35,969 bases of DNA, taken from the IMG/VR virus record IMGVR_UViG_3300042366_000335, positions 1-35,969 of that record; one strand, written 5' to 3'. Both the position numbers and the translations under genes were made by a program. Source of the stretch: a virus. Its lineage: Duplodnaviria; Caudoviricetes. Below the pieces are notes generated by a model. It ran no database searches. It was given only the letters and a program-made list of their open reading frames with translations, and had not been told where the DNA came from. Positions 26,613 to 33,539 of this stretch are shown one piece after another. Each line of letters opens with the position of its first letter. Position 1 is the stretch's first letter.

Positions 26613-26911
26613 CGGATGTTGATGGGCTTGGCGTACAAGTCGCCGTCAGCCGTTACGCGAATGGCACTCACTCGCCAGGGCGCGCCAGTGCCTTGCGGCA
26701 CAATAAACGGAATTGGCGTGTTGGCCGGGATCGGAGTGCTGGAAGTCGTTGCCGTCACGCCTTCCCCCACGACCACGTACGCGGCTGACGTACACCATAC
26801 CACTACGCCCTGCGGGCCGGACTGCCAAGTCGCCGTAGAGCCTGCGGTGCCCGTGTACGCTACCGTACGACCGGGGTATACGGCATCGGCCATCGGATTA
26901 AGAAGTTCCAT
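26609..26911 (-). CDS. small beta-rich virion protein (possible head-spike base)
   Basis: 100 aa, all-beta composition, in the late operon. Confidence 0.6.
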   Translation of the reverse strand: MELLNPMADAVYPGRTVAYTGTAGSTATWQSGPQGVVVWCTSAAYVVVGEGVTATTSSTPIPANTPIPFIVPQGTGAPWRVSAIRVTADGDLYAKPINIR

Positions 26912-26920
26912 GTTCTACCC

Positions 26921-27283
26921 TCACGCTAAGAAGCGCAGTTTATAAAGCGTAGAAAGATACAGCGCAACTATTTCATCAATGATGTTCTGGATGGCCGTAT
27001 CGCTCTCGTCACAAAATTTATAGCGGTTGGCCTCAATCTCGGCCAGCGATTCTTGCAGAAATTCGATGATATTGGCGTTTTTCTTGGCCGATTGAAGCGT
27101 GATGGCGCCAATCAGCGCGTGCCGGCCTTGATAGGCTTCGGCAAAGTCGTCCGCCAGCCCTACGATGCCCTCATAAAATGCCTGAAGGGCTACATGCTTG
27201 GCGTAGCTGCGCGTATTCAGATGAACCGAATGAGCGACATCCCGCGCCAGAAACAAATTGCCTACAAAGTCAGCGGCTTTCAT
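26921..27283 (-). CDS. Dps/ferritin-like four-helix protein (DUF5856-like)
   Basis: HSVHL...YAKHVAL..FYE.....DDFAEAYQG and NIIDEI...LYKLRFL pattern; ATGA-coupled to the portal gene. Confidence 0.7.
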   Translation of the reverse strand: MKAADFVGNLFLARDVAHSVHLNTRSYAKHVALQAFYEGIVGLADDFAEAYQGRHALIGAITLQSAKKNANIIEFLQESLAEIEANRYKFCDESDTAIQNIIDEIVALYLSTLYKLRFLA

Positions 27284-29460
27284 TGCATACCTTCTGGCGG
27301 CATAGCCGCCGGTTCCATCTGGGGCGTAACGCGCTCGGCAGACGGCGGCACAAGCTCGCCCGTAGACAGCATGCCCGCCAGCGTACCCATGATAATGTCT
27401 TGAACCTGTTGGTCGTTCAAGCCGCTTTCAACGCTCTTGATACGGTCGGTTTCAGCTTGGTACGCCTTGATTTGAGCCTCAAACTCCTTGACCTGCACCT
27501 CGCGGGCGTCCATGGACTGCTGCACCTGCTGCAGCATTGAGTGCATCATTTCCATCTCTTGCGCCATCGTTTGCATCTGCATGTTGGCAGCCTGCAACGC
27601 CGGGTCTTCCTCGTCCGCCAGCAGCTTCGGATCAATCATCTTCTGAAGCCGCTTGCTAATTTCCTGAGCGCCCGGCCAGTCCATGTTCTTGACGAACAGA
27701 TCGCCGGCAACCGACCAAAGCTGCGGGTTAGCCTGCAAAATCTGCCCCATGGCGTCCATGGCTTCCTGCCGCTTGGTCGCGTAAGACGGGCCGGTCGTGA
27801 CCGCCACGTCGTACTTGCCCACCGACGGGTTGTAGATTTTCTCAATCACCACGCCCGTCTCGTCCACGATGCGACGCACCGGTTCGGCCTGCATCGGGTC
27901 TATACGGGCGGTCGATGTCTCGCCGTCCAAGCCGATGATGCGCGCGATGCGCTGGGTGTCGTAAATCTTCGGAATCAAATCAACGAGTTGGCGCGTCCCA
28001 TAGCGGATAGCACGAGCGAGGTTGTCTACAAAGTGGTATGTGCCTGTGTCGCCTTGCCGTTCACGCGCCAAGATGGCCCGACCGGTGCGCTCGTTGGAGC
28101 GCATGCCGAGACTTGCATCATACTGGCCGGTAGAGGCCTTGATGTCGTCGGCAGCGCCCATTTTCGCCTGAATCAAGCCCGTCTGGGCGAGCGGCGGAGG
28201 TGCGCGTTGTGGCAGCGGCAGGATGTTTCCCTGCCCGTCTGTCACGTCGGGGTTAACTTCTAGGTACGGCCAGTTGGTCGTGTTGGCCGTCTTCCATTGG
28301 GTTTCGTAGCCTTCAAACTGGCCACCATAGCCAATAAACGGCGCCTTGGGGGCCAAAGCCAGCATCTCGGCTTCTTGGGACACCCAGTAGTTGTACATGC
28401 GCTGGGCGTCCTTGGCGTTACGCACAAGGCCCGACACGTACATACGGCCGTCTACTTCAAACTCGTTGCCGATCACGCGGATTACAGGAATCCACCTACC
28501 CGGCCATTCGGACGATTCCAGAATCTCGTAGCCGTTGGTTTTCAGCCACTTAACGCGCTTAACGTCAACTTCGCGCTTGCGGATGGGCTGGAGGCCCAGC
28601 ATCTCAAGCTCACGCGCCTCGGGCGAACCCGCGTACGCCGTTTGGTTGCCGGCGTACAGGTTCAGCGTTTCTCGGCTGTGCTCTTTGTAGAAATACTCAG
28701 CAATACGGACAGTATTCTGGTTGATCCACTGCGACAGCGCCTGGTCGCCGACACCGCGCTGCATAACCGTTGAAATCGGCTCTGCATTGGGGTACATGCG
28801 CTCAAAATCCGACTTCTGGATGTCTTCGGTAATGAAGCACCACTCCGCATCCGCCCCGCAAGGGTCTTGGATGGTCGGGTCCATAAACACACTGAAGCTA
28901 TTTCGGATGCGACCGATACGAAGATCTTGGTCAAACGTGTTCTCGTCGCAGTATTCCGTCAAAATGCGGAAATACCCTTCGCCGTACGTGACCTGGTTGT
29001 CGCACGCGGTGTCGTAGGCGACATCCGCATCGGAAATATACTCAATGTGACGGACAATTCCGTCAAAAATCTCCGCGACCTCAATGTCCGCCTTGTCATC
29101 AACCGGGATGACCTTGCCGGCCGGCCGGTTCTGACGCTGATCGTTCGTTACCTGCCGTACGTGCAGCGGCAGCTTGTTGATTGTAAGGCACGGGCGCGCG
29201 TTGAGCGTCTGCCCCTGCACCGACCCGCGCTGCGCGAGCACGTCCTGCGGCCACTGCCACTGGTTGTCGGGCGAGCCTGCCATGAAGCGCAGGTCGTCCA
29301 GCTCGTCCTCACGACTGTCGGAGTACGCCGCCAGCGCCATCGTGAAACGGGAACGGGCGGTTGCCAGCACGTCCGCCGGATCGCGCGAGGCTTTGCCTCG
29401 GTCGGTGGGCGTGTTAGCGACGCGTGCCGCGCCGCGCAGCCCTGTGGGGTCTTTAGCCAT
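27280..29460 (-). CDS. portal protein, P22 gp1-like
   Basis: DDLRF..G..QW, RPCLTINKL, GLVRNAKDAQRMYNY, GRAILARERQG and GKYDVAVTTGPSYATKRQEA; Gln-rich barrel helix. Confidence 0.93.
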   Translation of the reverse strand: MAKDPTGLRGAARVANTPTDRGKASRDPADVLATARSRFTMALAAYSDSREDELDDLRFMAGSPDNQWQWPQDVLAQRGSVQGQTLNARPCLTINKLPLHVRQVTNDQRQNRPAGKVIPVDDKADIEVAEIFDGIVRHIEYISDADVAYDTACDNQVTYGEGYFRILTEYCDENTFDQDLRIGRIRNSFSVFMDPTIQDPCGADAEWCFITEDIQKSDFERMYPNAEPISTVMQRGVGDQALSQWINQNTVRIAEYFYKEHSRETLNLYAGNQTAYAGSPEARELEMLGLQPIRKREVDVKRVKWLKTNGYEILESSEWPGRWIPVIRVIGNEFEVDGRMYVSGLVRNAKDAQRMYNYWVSQEAEMLALAPKAPFIGYGGQFEGYETQWKTANTTNWPYLEVNPDVTDGQGNILPLPQRAPPPLAQTGLIQAKMGAADDIKASTGQYDASLGMRSNERTGRAILARERQGDTGTYHFVDNLARAIRYGTRQLVDLIPKIYDTQRIARIIGLDGETSTARIDPMQAEPVRRIVDETGVVIEKIYNPSVGKYDVAVTTGPSYATKRQEAMDAMGQILQANPQLWSVAGDLFVKNMDWPGAQEISKRLQKMIDPKLLADEEDPALQAANMQMQTMAQEMEMMHSMLQQVQQSMDAREVQVKEFEAQIKAYQAETDRIKSVESGLNDQQVQDIIMGTLAGMLSTGELVPPSAERVTPQMEPAAMPPEGMQ

Positions 29461-29600
29461 TATTTGCGCTTCTTACCTTGAGCCTTACGCTTGACGGAAT
29501 ACGCAATCGCCACGGCCTGCTTCTGCGGCTTGCCGGCCTTCATTTCGGCCTTGACATTCGTGCGGAAGGCAGACTTGCTGCCAGACTTGACGAGGGGCAT
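29460..29600 (-). CDS. 46-aa very basic protein (not in the ORF track)
   Basis: MPLVKSGSKSAFRTNVKAEMKAGKPQKQAVAIAYSVKRKAQGKKRK*; TAATG overlaps at both ends. Confidence 0.8.
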   Translation of the reverse strand: MPLVKSGSKSAFRTNVKAEMKAGKPQKQAVAIAYSVKRKAQGKKRK

Positions 29601-29785
29601 TAACGCTTCCTCATCGGCGTGGGACGAAAGTCAACAGTCGTACGGATAACGTCCGGGCGCCGCATCGGCATGCGCATCGGCTGCGCCGGGCGCTGCATCG
29701 GCTGCTGGGCCTGCGAACCGACCACCATGTCCTTAACCAGCGCGCGCGGGTTCACGCCAATCGGGTTGTACGGAATTCTAGCCAT
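29600..29785 (-). CDS. 61-aa Pro/Met/Arg-rich small protein
   Basis: AGAGG SD; TAATG coupling to the next gene. Confidence 0.65.
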   Translation of the reverse strand: MARIPYNPIGVNPRALVKDMVVGSQAQQPMQRPAQPMRMPMRRPDVIRTTVDFRPTPMRKR

Positions 29786-29789
29786 AAAA

Positions 29790-29942
29790 TTACCTCTTTT
29801 TAGCCGTTTTAGCCGACTGACGGAACGCCTTGGCGGTGGGCGCGCCCTTGCTGCCAGGCTTGCGCATCTTCTCCCCCGACCCTGCCTTGATCCGTTCGCG
29901 CTTGGCGTGGATATTAGCGTACAAACCCGTTTTAGCGGCCAT
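29790..29942 (-). CDS. 50-aa very basic protein (not in the ORF track)
   Basis: MAAKTGLYANIHAKRERIKAGSGEKMRKPGSKGAPTAKAFRQSAKTAKKR*; TAATG overlap with the upstream gene. Confidence 0.8.
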   Translation of the reverse strand: MAAKTGLYANIHAKRERIKAGSGEKMRKPGSKGAPTAKAFRQSAKTAKKR

Positions 29943-30205
29943 TAGTTGCACTTCCAGCGTCTAAGCGACGCCTTTGCTCGTTCAGCCGGCCCTTTGGCCT
30001 TGGCTACAACGCCCTTCATTCGCGCGCAAAAAGACTTCTTACGCCCTGCGTCCGCCTTAGTCTTCGGACTCGGGGCCGGAGCCTTCAAGTTGCTGCCCGT
30101 AGCGCGGTTATACTTAGCCCGACCCTTGGCCGTCAAGCCCGCGCCCTTAGACACGGGCTGCTTCTCGCCCCGACCGACCGACAGACTGACCGTTTTGCGC
30201 GCCAT
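29942..30205 (-). CDS. 87-aa very basic protein (DUF6321-like)
   Basis: GLTAKGRAKYN...NLKAP...RKKSFCARM...SLRRWKC; TAATG-coupled to terL. Confidence 0.8.
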   Translation of the reverse strand: MARKTVSLSVGRGEKQPVSKGAGLTAKGRAKYNRATGSNLKAPAPSPKTKADAGRKKSFCARMKGVVAKAKGPAERAKASLRRWKCN

Positions 30206-31731
30206 TAGGCTCCCATCCAGCTGCTTGTCATGCTGCCTCCACGCTCGGCGGCGATGCGTCTTGGCTTGTCCCGCGCCTCGCGGTTAGCGAGCGGGTAGGC
30301 GAAGGTGACGGCGAGCGCGTCCGCTGCGTCGGGTGACGCTTGGCCGCGAGCTTTCATCTCCTTCTTCCCTTCCAAGAACAGCGTACCTGACGAGTTAGGC
30401 TTGACGTGGGGGCCGCACAGGTCCGACTTAAGGAGCCGATCTGTCGGGATGCTCGCCGAGCGTAGCCACTCCCGCATGTCGCCCCACATCTCTGCCCGCT
30501 TGTTGCCCCACATCACCGGGTTCTTGGCCTTCCAGCCAAAGTTCACCCCACGTACCTTATACCTCTGCTCTTTTAGCCGGTCAAGTACGCCGTAGCCCAA
30601 ACCGCCCTCGTCGATGACGGTGAGCGCGGGGTTGAACTCCTCAATAGCGTCAATAACGCGACCGACGGTCGTCATGGTGTCCTCGCCTCGGTGGCGCCGG
30701 ATTGCAACAATGTCGCGCCCCTGCCTTACGACGATGACGGTCGAGTCAGCGCCCCCGCGCGCGGGGTCAACGCCAATCACCCGAGGGGCGCTTTCATCCT
30801 TGAAACGAACTCTTGCCATAGCTTCGTCCACCAGGCGAGGACTGATGAACTGGTCGTCTCCGTCGGAGGGGAACTCTCCATACACTTCGACCTTGGCTTG
30901 GCTGCTGTCGGCGCCGTACTCGGCGATGATCTGCTCGTAGACCGCTTTGTCGGTGTCTTCGACTTGGCGCGCGTCGATGTTTTGCGTTGTCCAGAACTCT
31001 CTTTTCGCGTTGAAGCACTCATAGAAATATCCCTCGTTGCGTCGCGGGTTGCTAAAGGCCATCCAAAAGCGATGCGGCGTGTTCTCCGTAAAGAAGCCCG
31101 CCGTCACCGACCAGATACTGTCGGGGATACCACTGGCCTCATCGAAGATGACCATCACGCCGTCGTGGTTGTGTACGCCCGCGTACGCATCGGGGTTCTC
31201 CTCCGACCAGAGTCGCCCTTCGACCGACCAGTACCGCGTGCCTTTCTTAAGGTCGCGCTCGACGATCTCCGCGAGCCACTTGGCCGGCATCACGCGCGTC
31301 GCGCTTACCTCAAACCAATGGCTGTTGATGAGCAGCGCCAGCCACTTAGTCACCTCGGCCCAAGTAACCGAGCGTAGCTGCGCCTCGCTGTTAGCCGACA
31401 CGATGGTCGTCGAGCCTATGCGGGTCGCTAGCATCCATAGGATGAGCCAGCTCACCAAGGCCGACTTACCGATACCGCGCCCCGAGGCGGTGGCCATGCG
31501 CAAGACCTCATAACTGGTCGCCGTCTTGTTCTTGGCGATGTGCGCGGCGATGTCCCGCAGCACCTTGCGCTGCCACCGCCTCGGGCCGTCAAAGTGCTCA
31601 AGCGGCGTCCCCTTCTGCTTCCACGGGAACGCAAACAGCACGAACGCCTCTGGGTCGTCCTTGATGGCCGGCGCCCAGAGTCGGGACATAATCTGCTGCT
31701 CGTCGTCGGCGCTATATATCGGCGTTTGCAT
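30205..31731 (-). CDS. terL: terminase large subunit
   Basis: Walker A SGRGIGKS, Walker B VIFDEAS, coupling motif SNP, nuclease IGVDPARGGAD and SPDAADALA. Confidence 0.93.
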   Translation of the reverse strand: MQTPIYSADDEQQIMSRLWAPAIKDDPEAFVLFAFPWKQKGTPLEHFDGPRRWQRKVLRDIAAHIAKNKTATSYEVLRMATASGRGIGKSALVSWLILWMLATRIGSTTIVSANSEAQLRSVTWAEVTKWLALLINSHWFEVSATRVMPAKWLAEIVERDLKKGTRYWSVEGRLWSEENPDAYAGVHNHDGVMVIFDEASGIPDSIWSVTAGFFTENTPHRFWMAFSNPRRNEGYFYECFNAKREFWTTQNIDARQVEDTDKAVYEQIIAEYGADSSQAKVEVYGEFPSDGDDQFISPRLVDEAMARVRFKDESAPRVIGVDPARGGADSTVIVVRQGRDIVAIRRHRGEDTMTTVGRVIDAIEEFNPALTVIDEGGLGYGVLDRLKEQRYKVRGVNFGWKAKNPVMWGNKRAEMWGDMREWLRSASIPTDRLLKSDLCGPHVKPNSSGTLFLEGKKEMKARGQASPDAADALAVTFAYPLANREARDKPRRIAAERGGSMTSSWMGA

Positions 31732-32194
31732 ATTCGGAGTGCTGCTCCAGATTTACAAGCCTGGGCGATGCGTCTTGGGTCAGTGCAGCCGGTGCTGGCG
31801 ACAATACTCGGCCATTGATGACGCGAGACTCCGCCTCTTGCAGCGCCGCGATGACGCTGATCTGCTGCGTGACATCCACTTGGACCTGCTGCTTCGCCAC
31901 CCAGCCATGCACGTGCTGAAGGATAGCGAGAGCCGCCTTGCTATCGCCATTTCTAGCCGCCTCGCGCAGCTGAACGGCGGCTTCAACCTCCCCATCGGCG
32001 CGGCCTTTGGCTTCGGCCATCTCGGCCAGGGGGTCCATTTGGCATAAGCGACGGTATTCCGTAGGCAGCATCCCCGCCGCCAAGGCAAGTCTATCACCCT
32101 TCAGCCCGAGCGCCGCCGCGTCATAGATGGCCTGAAGCCGCGTCTCGGTCGCCTTAATCTCGCGTGGCTCAAACGGGAGCGATTTGAACGTCAT
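31712..32194 (-). CDS. terS: terminase small subunit
   Basis: HTH-like N-terminus, AKGRADG...GDSKAALAILQ..HGW and ISVIAALQEA; directly upstream of terL; start MTFKSLPF at 32194. Confidence 0.75.
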   Translation of the reverse strand: MTFKSLPFEPREIKATETRLQAIYDAAALGLKGDRLALAAGMLPTEYRRLCQMDPLAEMAEAKGRADGEVEAAVQLREAARNGDSKAALAILQHVHGWVAKQQVQVDVTQQISVIAALQEAESRVINGRVLSPAPAALTQDASPRLVNLEQHSEYANADI

Positions 32195-32200
32195 GCCGTG

Positions 32201-32229
32201 ACTGTAATGACCGCGTAAGTAAAAAACAA
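32201..32229 (-). promoter_or_regulatory. possible late promoter giving a leaderless terS mRNA
   Basis: TTGTTT (32229-32224), 17 nt spacer, TACAGT (32206-32201), ATG 6 nt later; no SD. Confidence 0.45.
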
Positions 32230-32376
32230 GCGATGTGCAGGATTGTCCTGCCGGGAGGCCGCGATCCACAACAACCGTGTGGCCTGTGTGCCGGGGCGGA
32301 GATTGCCTTAGATGGTGGGCGGGGAAACCCTTCAGCTACCTCCCGGTCGCTACGTGCGCATCACGTCAGACATCGC
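32221..32376 (-). ncRNA. candidate structured ncRNA (~150 nt, end-paired multi-branch fold)
   Basis: Nested helices GCGAUGU/ACAUCGC, ACGUG/CACGU, CCGGGAGG/CCUCCCGG and GCAGG/CCUGC plus three inner hairpins; extended -10 upstream; UUGUUUUUU downstream. Confidence 0.6.
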
Positions 32377-32382
32377 GCCGCG

Positions 32383-32393
32383 AGAATAGCACA
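32383..32393 (-). promoter_or_regulatory. extended -10 promoter for the ncRNA candidate
   Basis: TGTGC-TATTCT, then GC-rich CGCGGC, placing +1 at about 32376; A/T tract at about 32420-32438 upstream. Confidence 0.5.
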
Positions 32394-32492
32394 AGGTTTT
32401 GGTTTACGGGCTAGCGGGTAAAAAAATAAAAAATTTTTACGACCCCATAGCACTAGGTACAACCACCGCGCGGGCCGGCCCACCCCCCTAGT

Positions 32493-32513
32493 TGCAAATG
32501 ATTCTCGTTCGCA
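32493..32513. promoter_or_regulatory. Fur-box-like operator
   Basis: TGCAAATGATTCTCGTTCGCA, an imperfect palindrome resembling the AATGAnAATnATT Fur core with TGC/GCA flanks. Confidence 0.5.
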
Positions 32514-32542
32514 TTCAGCCTGGGCGCGGCGAGCCGCGCGGT

Positions 32543-32640
32543 CGTCAGCCGTCAGCCGTCAGCCGTCAGCCGTCAGCCGTCAGCCGTCAGCCGTCAGCCG
32601 TCAGCCGTCAGCCGTCAGCCGTCAGCCGTCAGCCGTCAAC
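32543..32640. repeat. tandem heptamer array (CGTCAGC)13 + CGTCAAC
   Basis: 98 nt with a 7-bp period, read directly from the sequence. Confidence 0.95.
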
Positions 32641-32642
32641 GT

Positions 32643-33012
32643 TGTGGGCAATGTGGGCAATGCGTTTTCAATCGGTAGCCAACGGCCATGCGGCGCATTG
32701 CGGTGGCGCGTGTGGGCAATGTGGGCAACCTAAAACAGATTGCCCACATTGCCCACAAATCGGGGGGCGTGGGCAGGTTGTGGGCAATGTGGGCAATTGT
32801 GGCATTACCCACAGCATCGCGTAAGCGTCTACAGTTATCCCTTACATCTACGCATACTGTACGTCTATACAGTAATAACATTTTTCTAATTAATATAGAA
32901 AACCATTACCCACATTGCCCACAATCCCATCCGCGCCCTATGTTTATAGGCACTTGCGTGTGGGCAATTTGGCTCGATTTGACTACCCACACCATTACCC
33001 ACATTGCCCACA
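32643..33012. repeat. cluster of ~15 9-bp TGTGGG(C/T)AA repeats in both orientations around an AT-rich core; putative replication origin
   Basis: TGTGGGCAA at 32643, 32652, 32711, 32720, 32779, 32788, 32959; TTGCCCACA at 32740, 32749, 32915, 33004; TTACCCACA at 32805, 32906, 32995; AT-rich at about 32870-32902. Confidence 0.85.
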
Positions 33013-33032
33013 CACGATTTGTAAGAAAATGC

Positions 33033-33061
33033 TTGACACCCTACGCGCGCGCGTCTAATCT
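33033..33061 (+). promoter_or_regulatory. early sigma70 promoter
   Basis: TTGACA (33033-33038), 17 nt spacer, TAATCT (33056-33061). Confidence 0.75.
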
Positions 33062-33094
33062 GCACCCATCGACAACGCAACTGAGGTACACGCC

Positions 33095-33346
33095 ATGTTC
33101 GACCATGCAGATTTTGAAACCAACCCGAAAAAGTACGAACTGTTCCGCACCGCGCGCGTCAAGTCGCACGTGTTTACTGAAAATGGTGAGGACGATTTGG
33201 CCGCCGGCCAGTTCGTCGCTATCCGCCACATTCGGAACGCCTACAACGGACTGCGCCACCGCGCCGAACCCGTTTACAGCATCACCGCCGGCGGTAAAGT
33301 GTGGGGGGTTATGTTCGCGTCCACTCTCGCCGACTTTACGCTTTGA
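33095..33346 (+). CDS. first early hypothetical protein (83 aa)
   Basis: TGAGGT SD; first gene after the early promoter. Confidence 0.75.
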   Translation: MFDHADFETNPKKYELFRTARVKSHVFTENGEDDLAAGQFVAIRHIRNAYNGLRHRAEPVYSITAGGKVWGVMFASTLADFTL

Positions 33347-33356
33347 GGTACACGCT

Positions 33357-33488
33357 ATGAAATTCTCCAACCTTTTGTTCTGCTGCTCCGCGATCCTCAC
33401 CTTCGGCGCATACATGGGAGCCGCCACGCTTGGCCTAGCTCTGTTCGCGCAAGTGAATGCAATCATTTGTCTTGCACTTAACGACTGA
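33357..33488 (+). CDS. 43-aa hydrophobic membrane peptide
   Basis: TGAGGT SD; MKFSNLLFCCSAILTFGAYMGAATLGLALFAQVNAIICLALND*. Confidence 0.65.
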   Translation: MKFSNLLFCCSAILTFGAYMGAATLGLALFAQVNAIICLALND

Positions 33489-33539
33489 CTTGCTGTAACC
33501 TAATCTCGTACAATCCAACACACTAAAGGACAATCCACC

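Noticed and set aside
32230-32376. Canonical tRNA, tmRNA or hammerhead ribozyme
   Set aside because: No TTCGA T-loop, anticodon loop, CCA end or tag ORF, and no correctly arranged CUGAnGA/GAAA core; kept only as an unclassified ncRNA candidate
32543-33012. Possible CRISPR or mini-array, given the Cas4-like DUF2800 gene
   Set aside because: Repeats are 7-9 bp, tandem or inverted, without unique 25-45 nt spacers; DUF2800 nucleases are routine in phage replication modules
33455-33470. Second Fur-like sequence GAATGCAATCATTTG
   Set aside because: One base short of the Fur core spacing and located within a coding region
32492-33488. ORFs 32492-32824, 32636-32881 and 32688-33488 across the repeat region
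   Set aside because: Their translations (RQPSAVS, WAMWA, AHIAH) only mirror the DNA repeats; only the last 43 codons from ATG 33357 have an SD
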